A stretch of DNA of 63,224 nucleotides, counting the filler, from Octopus bimaculoides (Eukaryota): NCBI RefSeq assembly GCF_001194135.2. It is 5 parts of 5 records of this genome, joined end to end, with 100 filler letters (N's around TTAATTAATTAA, not from the genome) between each part and the next. Parts side by side here need not be neighbours in the genome. Positions count along the whole stretch, not along the records: positions 1 to 25,216 come from NC_068983.1; positions 25,317 to 38,158 come from NC_068981.1; 3 more parts are not named here. One strand, written 5' to 3'. The notes beneath the pieces are model-generated. The model was not told where the DNA came from. It did not search any database and saw only the letters and a program-made list of their open reading frames with translations. Positions 13,198-26,755 of this stretch are shown here, piece after piece (positions within the stretch are counted from its first letter, which is position 1; the number at the start of each line of letters is the position of its first letter). A program made the position numbers and the translations under genes.

Positions 13198-15175
13198 AAT
13201 GTATGTATATATATATATATATATATATNNNNNNNNNNNNNNNNNNNNNNNNNNNNNNNNNNNNNNNNNNNNNNNNNNNNNNNNNNNNNNNNNNNNNNNN
13301 NNNNNNNNNNNNNNNNNNNNNNNNNNNNNNNNNNNNNNNNNNNNNNNNNNNNNNNNNNNNNNNNNNNNNNNNNNNNNNNNNNNNNNNNNNNNNNNNNNNN
13401 NNNNNNNNNNNNNNNNNNNNNNNNNNNNNNNNNNNNNNNNNNNNNNNNNNNNNNNNNNNNNNNNNNNNNNNNNNNNNNNNNNNNNNNNNNNNNNNNNNNN
13501 NNNNNNNNNNNNNNNNNNNNNNNNNNNNNNNNNNNNNNNNNNNNNNNNNNNNNNNNNNNNNNNNNNNNNNNNNNNNNNNNNNNNNNNNNNNNNNNNNNNN
13601 NNNNNNNNNNNNNNNNNNNNNNNNNNNNNNNNNNNNNNNNNNNNNNNNNNNNNNNNNNNNNNNNNNNNNNNNNNNNNNNNNNNNNNNNNNNNNNNNNNNN
13701 NNNNNNNNNNNNNNNNNNNNNNNNNNNNNNNNNNNNNNNNNNNNNNNNNNNNNNNNNNNNNNNNNNNNNNNNNNNNNNNNNNNNNNNNNNNNNNNNNNNN
13801 NNNNNNNNNNNNNNNNNNNNNNNNNNNNNNNNNNNNNNNNNNNNNNNNNNNNNNNNNNNNNNNNNNNNNNNNNNNNNNNNNNNNNNNNNNNNNNNNNNNN
13901 NNNNNNNNNNNNNNNNNNNNNNNNNNNNNNNNNNNNNNNNNNNNNNNNNNNNNNNNNNNNNNNNNNNNNNNNNNNNNNNNNNNNNNNNNNNNNNNNNNNN
14001 NNNNNNNNNNNNNNNNNNNNNNNNNNNNNNNNNNNNNNNNNNNNNNNNNNNNNNNNNNNNNNNNNNNNNNNNNNNNNNNNNNNNNNNNNNNNNNNNNNNN
14101 NNNNNNNNNNNNNNNNNNNNNNATATGTATGTATGTATGTATGTATATATGTATGTATATTTGTGTGTATCTGAGCCTGTGTGGGTGTACGTAGTTGTGT
14201 GCATTGATGTATACATATTATGTATATATACATATTACATTAGTATCATTTCGTAAACTGCTTTCTTCAAAATTTCTACATGGAATCTCTGAATTAAACA
14301 TACTTTAACTAATTTGCCTCTGTGGTTATTCATGCTTAATTGAAAAACCTAAAATATAAAATATAAATGAATGAGAGAATAAATGAAAGGAAGATGTAAT
14401 AGAAAATAATTGCAAAATAAATTCAAAACACACCATTTAATCATTGAAATATTTTCATGTCAGTGCAATGAAGGAAATTATTTTATCTATAATGGCAACC
14501 TATCTCATTTTGTAATTATTTTATTCCATTCTTTCTATTCTAATTCTCATTATTTTTCCTTCTGTTTATTCACTGAGCATATAGTCTGTTTTTCCATTAA
14601 ATGCTTATCATACCATTTGGCTTCACTCTAGGGAATCATGTTAAAAAACAAAAACAAAAACAAAACAATCAGTGGTGTAACTCTAGTATATTTAATCTCA
14701 AAAGTAATTTTCTCCGTTTTGTCTTACGTTTTATATTTTGCCATGCATCTATAAATATATCTTCTGAGTTGATTCAAATTAACGAATTCTCTCGTTAGCA
14801 CTCATTAAATATTTCAAGCAGTAAAGTTTGAAAAATCACTTTACTGTTAATGCATACCTTTTGTTTCAGCTGCATTTTACAGCGGTAACTATGTATGTAG
14901 TAGGTTTCACATTAGGCCAATTCTTTGGTTCGTAATTCCTATCTGTCTTCATATTTGTAAGTTGTGAACATGCGCACAGACAGAAAAAAAAACATTTCCA
15001 CACAATTTTATATAATGTTGCCTACAAATTTCTTCTATTTTTTCCCTTTTGTTGATTAGTTACTAGCTTCTCGCATTGTTCCGGCCTTAAACAACACCCT
15101 TCACAACAACCACCGCTACCAGTGCTGCTGAGGCGGCTGATACCATCACAACTACTACTGCTGCTGTTGCTGCTG

Positions 15176-15233
<58 letters not shown>

Positions 15234-15834
15234 AGCTGCTGCTACTGCTACATAGACGCTTGTCACAGACTTGACTGACTCTGTAATACCGGCAGAACTC
15301 CAACTTCTAAGCCGGCATCCTATGTTATCTTAACACAAAATCTGAATGACAAACTCAGACTTGACAACTTTTTCAGGACACCTTAGCATTTAGAATGAGT
15401 TTCGTCCCTAATGCACCCATCTTCTCACTCCTCTGCTACACCATCGCCATCGTCGTCATCATCACCTCCAGTCCCCTCCTCACTTGTCTTCTTCTTCTTA
15501 ACTCTTCCTCCTCCTTCTGCCCTCCACATTCTGTTTCCTCCTACTATTACCCTCTTCCTCCTTCCACTTCTAGGTTTCCCTCTTACCACCTTGACAACCC
15601 GTCCCATATTTCCCTCAAACAACCCCGAAATCAACAGTAAACTAGTTAGACTTAAACGAACCATATTTAACATCCTAAATGCACGCTCCAACACACAAAT
15701 TCACAAAATCCCAGTTCCGCAACTAACAAAACCTACAATCTAAATGCCTTTTCTTCCTATCCTTAAGGAGAACAAATTACGACAAATTAGCAATTGAGCT
15801 GCGCAATGACGCAACACTATATGAAAACGCATCG

Positions 15835-16146
15835 ACCGTTGGTTGGCACACTGTCGGTTACGACGTCGAGGGTTCCAGCTTATCCGATCAACTGAACAGC
15901 CTGCTCGTGAAATTAACGTGCAAGTGGCTGAGCACTTCATAGACACGTGTACCCTTAACGTAGATCAGAGTGAGAGATTCGGCATGACAGAGTGTTACAA
16001 GGATGGCCCTTTGAAATACAGGTACAACAGAAACAGAAAGGAAGAGAGAAAGTTGTAGAGAAGAAATGCAGGAAGGTTCGCTACCATCCTCAGGTGGAGC
16101 TTTGTGGAACTTTAGGTGTTTTTGCTCAATAAACACTCACAACGCC
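15835..16146 (-). mobile_element. SINE family C, head missing
   Basis: Central block tgctcgtgaaattaacgtgcaagtggctgagca...acaggtacaacagaaacag is shared with 51363-51680 and with the reverse complement of 53600-53760. Confidence 0.85.
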
Positions 16147-16159
16147 AGATTTCCTTAAA

Positions 16160-16550
16160 ATGGCTGGCTGCAGGCATCCGGTGATACTTGAGGGACATCC
16201 CCAAAACTATCACTCGTGCCTGGAGCCAGACCGTATCAGGAAAAACTGTCCCCAGTGTCGTGACAAGATCCTGGAACAGGAAAGTAAGGTTCCTACCGAT
16301 CCCCCACCGTGGTGGGGATGACGGTGGAAGTCGTGGAGGAAGTTGCATCCACGAAGAGGAAAAGGAAGGTGAACAACTTCGGTTGCTCATCAAAAAATGT
16401 GCAGGCGGCACAGAAGGCGATCGGGGCACAGTGCCCGCCGACGCAAGCCCCTGCTCCCGTAGCCTCAAAGAGAAAGAGCAAAAAGAGGAATGGAAGACAG
16501 TCGGCGGATGTCCCTGTGTCGCCGACAATATTATTTATATACAGCATACA
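16160..16550 (+). mobile_element. Second L1/Tx1-like ORF1 fragment, degenerate zinc knuckle
   Basis: RHPVILEGHPQNYHSCLEPDRIRKNCPQ aligns with RLxITVEGRPPTCFLCGEEGHMKARCPE at about 7535-7620; a charged tail follows. Confidence 0.6.
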
Positions 16551-18194
16551 ATATTATTTACGACGAAATCCCGCATGCAATGCAGTAGACTTTTACGGAA
16601 ACATCCTACTGTTATATAACCTACGCGTTTGATGCCCAGTACTTAAACAACACACGTTACTTTGCTACACTTGTATATTTCAATCCTGAAGGACTTATAC
16701 GGGATAAACACTTCTTAAATTTTAAAGAATTTCAATGAGCTTCAAAATTCTAAACAATTTTGCTGTTGAAATAAGAGGAAACGTTTTATAACGCCTAAAG
16801 TTCAATTCTTTGCAGGTGAATTTTAACATTAGAGATAATGAAGATAATGAAACTATAGGAAACAGGAAGAGTAATGATCGCCGATAGAAAATATGTGTAA
16901 TAGGAGTAAAACATAGAATAGCAACGAGAACAACAAGCCCGGCCAGAACAGGAAGATGAGGCAGAACCAGCAAGAGCAACAAAAGCAAAAGAGCAGATAG
17001 TAATTTCCGAAAGGATAATAACCGGTAGAATCATGTGTGATAATCAATCGCATTTAGCATACAAAACTTCCCTTTAAAATGAGCTAATGTCCTAAAAGGA
17101 AATGACGCCCGATAATTTATTTCCATGACGGGATTATCATGTACTGAGCAGTTATTAGCATCAATGTTCGGGACTCCTATACTGTAGACTGAGGTTAAAC
17201 AACAACAGCTAAAACAATACCAATTGGAGACTAGTAAGAAACTCATGGCTGTATGTAGTAGCAGCATCACCAACGCGAAAAAGAAAATAATCCATATTAA
17301 CCACACTGACTTATATTCCACTACCAACTTTACTGAGAAGGATAGTATCAACATCCCACCATCACTATCGTCAGCGGCGCTAAAGAATGACTACGGCTAC
17401 GGCTGATGGGATTAACATTACCAATACTACCACTACCATACCAGTCAACGAAAGCAAACATCAAGTTACCATTATCATTATTAAAACTGTCAACACAGCT
17501 ACGATTTCCTCCACAACTTTACACTTCAGAACCAGTAACATCGCCTCCCTTACAACAAACGCCACCAGCACCACGCTATACCACGCAACTACCAAAACTA
17601 TCGCTGGCATCATCATTAATACCTTGAAAACTACTCCTCCCTTAATATTATCATTTCTTACAAGACTGCAACCACGATTCAAATTATAGAATACATTAGG
17701 TCATTAATCCAAGATACAACCTGCAAACATCGTGATAGTCATGGGTAGAATGTCTTTAGTCATATGTCTGTTCCATTTAAGTAGCTAGTCCCGGGTAAAC
17801 AATAACGAAACTTTTATCTGGCAGTGCATATTACCTGAATATCAACAAAAATCAATCAACTGGTACTATTAACTCTCTCTCTCACTCTTTATCTGAATCT
17901 CGTTTCCTGTCGCTAACACACGCAAAAATATACACACATAAACATATTTCATAATGTCCTCCCTATCACATATTTGTACTTAGTCATCCTTGATATTATT
18001 AATGTAAACAATTTCTTCTCTAAATCATCAAACTCATTAACACGTTCTCTTCCTATTCACCACCAAAATACAGAGAATTCCTAAACGCGTCAACTGTTGT
18101 AGCTTTGAGAACACTGTGCTTTGCACAACACAACAATGTATCGTCTAGGATCTGCAAAGTATCAAATTGTGTTCTAAAATTATCCGCCCGTTGG

Positions 18195-19260
18195 TATTAG
18201 TGGGTCAGTTGAACCACTCATAGTCTAACCTTATGGTACGTGACCAAATGAGGTTCCTTTTTCAGCATAGTGCCCTTACCGTCCACACAATTCTTCCATC
18301 AGCGTTGCAGTGCTTGGACCCATTAATAAAGAATCTTTCAGACTTTCGGTAAGAAAAAAGATATATTTATCAACAGTAGATATTGCACCGAACCAAGTGC
18401 TTTTTCATGTTGGAGAGATGAGGTGAAACAGATGGCGTGAAATGAAGACAAGAGAGACGGTGATCAACCAGTCCAAAACCACTGACATTCAGAGCAGTCA
18501 TTGAAACCTAGCGTTTGTGCGCTTGATTGCTTCTCTTATGAAAGGACGCGCTCGTCGGTATATCCTGGGCGTTTGGTCTTCATAACATTCCCTACCCCTT
18601 TCAGTTAATCAGCATAGTACTCTCCAATGACTGTGGCACGTTTGCAGATAGGCAAGAAACTGAATTCCTTTTTTCTATCCCACATGACTAAGGTCATCAC
18701 CCCTCCTTGCAGAGGTAACTTATTTGGCTTTTTTTGGAGCAGTTGAGAAATAGTGTTTCGACTGCATAGATTGTCTATTTGTCTCTATCTCACCCTGTGT
18801 TCGAAAACGTTCAATAAAAGCAGTTAGATCTGTCTCAAAAGAGGTCATTTTTTTCCCTGATGTGATCGGACAAATACACTTTTGATCAAATGTAAGAAAA
18901 CGTGCCACCCAACGAACAGTAGCCTTCGTCATGCAAAATTTATTGTGCACAATAGTTTGAACACTTTCAGGTGATACGCTAATCGCATTGGTTGTTTATA
19001 TTTATAGTCAATCGCCTGTCATGCATAGCTACGTAGTGAAAGCAGTCAATCTATTGCGTGATGATGGCAGCTGCCGGACGTCCAAAGTTGAAATCAATTT
19101 AAGACTCACTCTTCCCCTCCTAAATTAAGCTGCCCACTTTTGCACTGTTGATAAATTTGGGGAGTCTTCCGTTAACGTATGAACCATGCCAGCTTGAAAG
19201 TCTTTGGGGTTTATACCCTTTTCCTGCCAACTTTTTTCCAGTTTAAAAAGAAATAGCTAC
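18195..19260 (-). mobile_element. Near-complete but decayed mariner transposase
   Basis: In order on the minus strand: DFQAGMVHTLTEDSPNLSTVQKWAAxFRRGR, GRPAAA...DRRLT, TKATVRWVARFLTFDQK (WVPRxL-like), STAPKKAK, GEYYAD, and a C-terminal LCGRxGHYAEK near 18260. Confidence 0.85.
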
Positions 19261-22200
19261 TAGCTTCTTTTGAAGTCTTTCTTGAAAAATCAGACGTCAG
19301 TTTATCAGAAAAGTAATAATGCATTTTTTAGTAGTCGCTATACTTATCACGTGCACATACTTAAAATGGATCTTGAAATCGCACACACATACAACACACA
19401 CGCAATGTATTTTTAAGAGTTATATCGGACATTATCGTAAATTCATCATAACCAGTCAACCATTGGTTAAAACGATAGCTCTTCCCGTATGCATGTTCTT
19501 CAGTCATACAAGATCAGATTTCAGATTTCTCTGTGAGGTAACTTGCGGAATTACTTCGAACAGATGTTATCCATGAGCAAAATTATCATGCCATTCTGGT
19601 CATGTGCCTCTACGACATATTAACATGCCTAATGCCCGCATCGAAAGGTATTTTATCATAGAAGAGATTTGAATGAATTAAACAGGGGTATTTCCCATTT
19701 TATCAAGATCTCATCGATTTCTTTCAGCACCTTAAGAAATGCAAAGTGATGTGGAAGCCAAAATGGACACTCATTTGATAAATGCATCGTTGGATTGCAT
19801 GTATCCTCACACACATTTTGAGTACGGTGCAAGACAAATATATTTTCTGAAATTCCACACTTATTTGTTCCTTAATTAAATAATTTCATTAACTTTGTAA
19901 CTGTGTTTATTATATTCGAATGGATTATTGAATTCGTTAAAGAAAAACATATGAGACTCCAAAAAGTAAATGTTACTTCAAGATATTTCTCCATCTTCAG
20001 TATGATTAGTTATTTCACTCGGGCAAAAACGAACCTACATACCGAGTAAGGCCCATCTATAATAGGCAATATGCTCACCTTTACAACAGTAATTAGCTAA
20101 CAATTTCATTATGCTGGGATAGATTTATGCAATGTGTTGTACCCAAGAATGCTCAATAAAAATTAATGAGATATACTTCTTTTTTATTTGTATCTTATTT
20201 TTTCTAAGATTATCTTCAATTTCGTTTGGAAAGTTATAAATATATTGCAGATGTTTAACAATTTTATGGAGCTACATGAAATTATATGGCATTTAAAAAA
20301 TAAAATCATACGAACACAAGATATCAAAAATTATTGTAATGATGAATGGCACACTTTTATAAAGTTTCATGTCTTGGGAGAACATTCTCAAAGTAGCCTA
20401 TTTGTCGATAAAGTTCTTTACATTATGAGTGATTTCAATTCAGCTTTCAATACACAAAAGTGAAAAAAGGAAAAAGAAAAAGACAAGAACGGAAAGTGCA
20501 TATCAAATCGTTTACTTCTTCAGATTTTACCATATTCTTTTAATTTGAAGAGCATTTGGTATTTATATTTTGAGCATGAGATTAATAATTCATGTTTAAC
20601 GAAATTGATTTCCCCAAATCCAGTATTATCAAGAGATAATACAAACATTAACGAAACATGAAATTCTTAAAAACATTCTATTGCCTAACAACGAAATTTA
20701 TCTGTAACTCAAATTACAACCCAAGGAAAAAATAAATATTTCAGTTGAAAGATTGCAGAAATGAAGAGAAGTAATCTAATGAAAAAAATATGCTTGTGAC
20801 TTTAAAATATATTCCAAATTGTGTACGTTTTAACGGCAAGAATTAAAAATTTTAAAACAATAATACGTAATATATAATTTTCAGTGTTGAGATAATAGAT
20901 GAAGTACACAAACACACAGACACATTATATTCAACAAAAGTTAAACATTCAACGAAAGCCAAAGTTTCGAAGAAACCACCCTTAATCTTTTACTATTTCA
21001 TTGCTTTACAAATTTTGAAACATTTGTTCACTTAATACCAGTTGTACTCATCGTTGCTATCATTAACATTTGATTGTAAGTATCTTTATTATTCACGAGG
21101 GAGATATCAGAATACTAAATATTTCAAAATACTGGAATAAAAAGCAGCAAACTATCTGATGTAATCTCAAATCCTGGTGATGTGATGTTTTCATTCAGCA
21201 TAATCGAACTGGATAAATTAATATACCAGTCAGTAGCTGGATTCCTTGCATTCAGTTAATCTCCTCCTTCCAATATTCAGATTTGAGTCTGTTATAGGAA
21301 TATTTAGTAAACTATAGTGGTTTCAGAATGCGACATTGATGTCTATTTCGTAAGAGTTTTAGAATCTTAGAACGTTTAGAGCCAAGTTTAAATATGATGC
21401 TAGCGTCGGCTTTGTCTTATGCCACTCCAGTAATTTGGTAAACAATGCGTAAGCAGTACGTTACATAACTCTCTAGCCATTGTGGCTATTAAATAAGAAG
21501 GGAATAGTGGAATGCTCATTAATCTGCACAATACCAATAAGTGAAATTGTTAATCACAGTTATCAAGACATGTAAAGTGGGTGGCACTACAATCTGTTAA
21601 TTAGATGAGTGAACAGCAAAACGGGGTCGTAAATTACAGAAAACTTAAAATGCTTGTTTTTTTTTCTTAAGATGTCATTAAACTTCGCGGCATCGCTCAT
21701 AAAGGCTAGTATTGGCGAACAAGGCTTGTTTGTCAGTTGACAGCAGACGCTAAACTTGAAGTTTGACCCAAAGAAAATATGATATAAAATTGATGCCCGT
21801 GTTGTACTAAAAAAACAAATAAAAATTTCGCATTGTATCGTTTAATATATTAAGAGGAAACATGATTAATAAATTCCAACTTTGCCTCTTCATTTACTTG
21901 ATTCATCTTGATAAGATGCTCTGATTAAATTTTGATGGAATAATAGAATTTTAACTTTGACTGAGATCCAGTTAATTACATTTCAAGGAAAAATAACATG
22001 AGGAAAAACGCAGAAAATAGCGAAGATTTTGCGAAATATCAGAGGTAAAAGTGAAAGAAATGTAGTGGGAGAAAAAAATAGAAGAGAACACTTAATATAG
22101 AGAGATGGATTTAATCACAGAGCCAGTAATTATAAATGATAAATAGTTAGATATAAACAGAATAGGATAAGTCAAACAGAGAATATGATCAACGCATTTG

Positions 22201-22867
22201 TGGGAGGCGCCATTAGCAGAAGCATACTCACGTGTATATTAGACCAATAAAAGTATTTCAAGCAAAAGTCAATGTTAACATAAAAGTATAATATTATAGA
22301 TTTATATTTTTTTCTTCCTTAAATATCGAAATTTATAAAGAACAATTATTTAGCTGTAATGACGTTACGAGATGAAAGGCTAGAAATAATTGGAACCGGA
22401 ATACAGAAACGATATTCCTAACAGAAATCGAAATAAATAAATAGTTCACGTTAGTTTTAACACATATTATCGCTATGATATTGAGAATGAATTTAATTAA
22501 TTAAAATCATATATGTTCAGTAGATAGGTTACCACACTAGTATAATTTGTTGAAATTGTGGGGAGTATTAAATATGTAACAAGAATTTGCAAGAAGTCTT
22601 GAGTAAGAGACTGCAAAAGGGTGCCGCAACTATCATACTTACGAGTGTATATATATATATATATNNNNNNNNNNNNNNNNNNNNNNNNNNNNNNNNNNNN
22701 NNNNNNNNNNNNNNNNNNNNNNNNNNNNNNNNNNNNNNNNNNNNNNNNNNNNNNNNNNNNNNNNNNNNNNNNNNNNNNNNNNNNNNNNNNNNNNNNNNNN
22801 ATATAGTAGCGTAAAAACCACACGGTAGGTGGATTTTAAGCTAATATATAGCTTTTAATAAACTGAC

Positions 22868-22945
22868 CCTGAATGGGAAGATCTGCAAACAGATCACTGA
22901 CTTGTTTTGGAGAATTTGCTGCAAGTGCTTCCTCCAGAATCATAT
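22868..22945 (-). CDS. Candidate 78-nt internal coding exon of an unidentified gene
   Basis: Pyrimidine-rich tract ending in cattcag, donor G|gtcagt, phase 1-1, open frame DMILEEALAANSPKQVSDLFADLPIQG. No homolog recognised. Confidence 0.35.
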
Positions 22946-23204
22946 CTGAATGATGATCATGTTCGTCGCAAAAAACAAAAAGGCACGTAAAAAAAGTTGC
23001 AGAACACAATCAAAGTAATGAAAACATAGGAATTCAACATTTCAGGATTGCAGATTCAGATTTGGACTAAAATCCTTTTAATTTAATCATTGAGTCTGCC
23101 TCATTTCAACATGGCATGATATTTTGGGCTACGGCCTCTAGGAGTAAAAGTTGAAAAAGTGTGACACTGACATTCAAATTTATTATATTATATTTTTATA
23201 TTAT

Positions 23205-23385
23205 ACGAAGGTGACGAGTTCGAATGGTTTTGAGTTCGAATTCTGCCGAGGTCGAATTTGCCTTTCATCCTCTCTGAGTCGATAAAATAACTAAACTAGT
23301 ACCATTTACCTACTGGGGTCGATGTAATCGACTTAATCCCTTCCCCAAAAATTTGAGGCTCTGTGCTTCTGGTAGAAAGGATTTA
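23205..23385 (+). mobile_element. SINE family B, 5'-degenerate
   Basis: gagttcgaattctgccgaggtcga...ctggggtcgatgtaatcgactta. Flanked by 23-bp direct repeats at 23168-23190 and 23410-23432 (21/23 identical), a possible TSD. Confidence 0.8.
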
Positions 23386-23478
23386 GTAAAGTTGAGAAAT
23401 CTGACAAACTGGCATTCACATTTATTATATTAGCTATGTTTAATTTTGAAGAGACTTTAATTCAATTAAAGTATATTT

Positions 23479-23522
<44 letters not shown>

Positions 23523-23648
23523 ACAAAGAAAGAAAAATATAAAACAAAAATGATAGTGTTCAGTATGTTGGTGACATGAATTTCTGCCAAAGGGACATGG
23601 TTAACCAAACTTGTACATCACGTCCCTCTTTCTCTCACACACCCTCTC

Positions 23649-23686
<38 letters not shown>

Positions 23687-24224
23687 ATCATCAACACTAC
23701 TACTAAAAATAAAACATCAAGTCTCCCCAAATTTCTTCATTTCTCTCTCTACATCTCCTTTTCTTTCTCTCTCTCCATCTCTCTGACTTCGCCACCGCCG
23801 TCACCGTCTCTATGCCTAATATTACTATCACCCCACCATGAGCAATAGTAAGAGCGTCATTGAATAGTGAAAGAGGGAGTCTAAGTGTTACACATTGACA
23901 CAGATATTAGTTTTCGCATTTATTATATTAGATGTATATGTATGCATGTGTTTATGTATATGTGCGTATGTATACACACATTTGTAATAATCTAATAGGT
24001 TATATCTTTCTACCCTGAATACGGAGGCTGGATCTAGTCAACCCAACGTTTATGTGCTTGAACTAATAGTAGCATATTTTTGTGAACTACATCAGCTAAG
24101 ATTATGAAGTAATACTCATTCACAAGAAATGGCTGTGGGGCATGTAATGCCATAACGTCTCCCTTCACATTTTCTGTCTTTGTGCTCAGTGTAATCTTGT
24201 CTGATATTAGACATTTATTCTATT

Positions 24225-24598
24225 TTTATTTCACTTTTTTCAGTAATTTGATTGCGGCCATGGTGGAGCACAGACAAGAAGGGTTTTAGTCGAAAAATCG
24301 AAGCCGGGACTTATTTCTTAATCTTAGAACTTATTCTATCGGTCTCTTTTGCCTAGCCGCTAATGTTACAGTGACGTAAACACATTAAAACACGTTGTCA
24401 AGCGGTGCCTGGGGAGAACAAACGCAGACACAAAAACACACAAACACACTCAAATGACTGCTTCTTTTAGTTATCGCCTACTAAATAATTTTACAAGGCT
24501 TTGGTCGCCCTAAGGCTATAATAGAACACAATTGCACAAGGACTGAACACTGAATTATGTGGTTCGGAAGTAAACATACTACCACACACCGACGCCTA
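24225..24598 (-). mobile_element. SINE family A, near full length, diverged
   Basis: Reverse complement carries the head, the aaggctttggtcg block, a central CA-rich tract and the tail, in the same order as 54760-55256. Confidence 0.75.
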
Positions 24599-25168
24599 TA
24601 TATGAATACATATATCTATACAAATACTCTGCGTCTGTTAATTTTCAGTCTTAGCTTTCTCTGTGCTTACATCTACATGTGAATGTATATTTTGTATGTC
24701 TAACCACATCAGTTTTATTTGTTTATTTGCATCATTATTTCCATCACTGCTCATACATATTGTTCTTATAGCCACTCTTTACCAAGAGGAGTTAGTTCTC
24801 GCTAGAATTTCCAAATTGTAAGTTCAAATAATCTAAAACAAATAAGACAATAAAAGAATATATATATATCAATATTTCTATATGTATGTATGTATTTTCG
24901 TATATATTTATATATTTATATTCTTATTATATATGTGCTACTGGATCTCGACTGTTGACTCTCTCTCCCCGTCTCCTTCTCTTTCAATTTCTCGCCCTTG
25001 ATGCACACATATTTATCTATCTGTATGCAACTATACGTGTGTGCGTGTGTGTATTTATATATGTGCATACACATGCATGTATGTAGTAGGATATATACCT
25101 ATATATTTGCATTCGTACATATATGCATTTATACATCCATATATATATATATAATATATATATATACG

Positions 25169-25216
<48 letters not shown>

Positions 25217-25316
25217 NNNNNNNNNNNNNNNNNNNNNNNNNNNNNNNNNNNNNNNNNNNNTTAATTAATTAANNNNNNNNNNNNNNNNNNNNNNNNNNNN
25301 NNNNNNNNNNNNNNNN
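25217..25316. other. Artificial scaffold-join linker (N44-TTAATTAATTAA-N44)
   Basis: Exact 100-nt structure repeated at 38159-38258, 51263-51362 and 56800-56899. TTAATTAATTAA places stops in all six frames. Confidence 0.95.
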
Positions 25317-26377
25317 GAAGAGGGCAGAAAGAAGAGGAGGAGGAAGAGGGTGAGGAAGAAGTGGATGGGGAAGGGACACAGCAGCTATTGTTATTGCTTC
25401 TGATGTTACTGACCCTAATTATTTATTTACATTAGTGTAATACTGATGGCTGGAACGTGTAATTACATTTTTTCAGTTTGATCCTGTTCAGTTTCAATTT
25501 CAAATCCTATGCGGGATCGATTTTCGAATCAATTCCACAAGGGGTCTACTCAATGAGAGTATCAATGAGTACTGAGGTTAGGCTTAATGTTTAGGGTTCA
25601 ACATCATCATCACCACATCTGTCATCATCTTCAGCATCCACGTCGTCGTCGTTATCGCCGACGTCGTGAACGCTGTACCAACTACGTCACTCTTCTCTGT
25701 CTAAAACATCGATGTCGTTTGCCTTTGAAAGAAATTATCATATGGGTGAAATATTTAATGTAGTTTCTCTCCATTTAGAGTTCAAATCTCAGGACCGGTG
25801 TAATCTTGTCTTTCATGTTACCGACGTCAGTAAAATAATTATCATCGACATGTTTTTGGGCAGATTCAATTTTATGACCTTGGGCTAATGTGTATAGAAG
25901 TTCGTTTTTTTTTTGTTTTTTTTTCGTTTTATGTTGTCACAATGTTACAAATTTGTAACGAATCCATCCCCAGAGACGATCCCACTGGATCTCCATCAGC
26001 TTTCGAAGGAGATCTAACTTTGTTCGATCAAATGAATTACCTGCTCATTGAATTAGCACTGTTGGTGGCTGAATATCCCACAGACTCATATCTCCTAAAA
26101 GTAAATCTCGGGCGTGACAATGCTAGACCTTTCAATCACAAGCACAATCCAACTAAGGGAGTACTACACAGTTGCCTCTACCCCAATTTCGCCCTGAGCG
26201 CTGGTTTTCAACTAGGATCTGTATGGCACTTGGAGGTCCACATAAATTATATTGTTAAAATATATATGAAATAAATTGGTTATACTGCCACAATACACAA
26301 AATATTGTAAAAAATTTTTATAAGAAAGTTCCCCATACTATTATTTTTAATTATAAAACTATCATCATTTTAACTTT

Positions 26378-26560
26378 TATCTGTTACTTGTTTCAGTCAT
26401 TAGACTGCGACCATGCTGGGGCACCGCCTTGAAGAATTTTTAGTCGAATGAGTGAACCCTAGTACTTATTTGTTTAAAGCCTGATTCTTATTTTATCGGT
26501 TTCTTTTGCCAAACAGTTAACAAAACAGCAGTGGTGGGGGACAAACACAGACACACGCAT
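26378..26560 (-). mobile_element. SINE family A, 3' half
   Basis: gtttcagtcattagactgcgaccatgctggggcaccgccttgaag is the reverse complement of the tail at 55190-55256; it ends in a CATA microsatellite. Confidence 0.8.
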
Positions 26561-26585
26561 ACACACACATACATGCATACATACA

Positions 26586-26617
<32 letters not shown>

Positions 26618-26686
26618 GGTGTATACATACATACATACATATAGGTGTATACATACATACATACATATAGGTGTATACATACACAC

Positions 26687-26736
<50 letters not shown>

Positions 26737-26755
26737 GACAATTAGTTGGTTGTCA

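Noticed and set aside
15022-15743. Ser-, Pro- and Leu-rich ORFs
   Set aside because: They are translations of (CTA)n and decayed trinucleotide tracts.
17387-17689. Thr-rich mucin-like ORF
   Set aside because: Composition fits decayed ACC/ACT repeats; no splice or domain support.
18050-18130. Possible CR1/L2 C-terminus (VLKATTVDAFRNSL, minus strand)
   Set aside because: The match is too short to list as a feature.
10601-19260. Mariner N-terminus at 10.7 kb and body at 18.2-19.2 kb as one interrupted element
   Set aside because: The order is wrong for the minus strand, and the 18-19 kb copy has its own N-terminal HTH.
20188-20463. 91-codon ORF with YIMSDFNS
   Set aside because: Only a four-residue resemblance to the endonuclease GDFN motif; no convincing donor site or other motifs.
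26616-26683. Three 26-nt direct repeats (CRISPR-like periodicity)
   Set aside because: No unique spacers; this is an interrupted CATA microsatellite in a eukaryotic genome.
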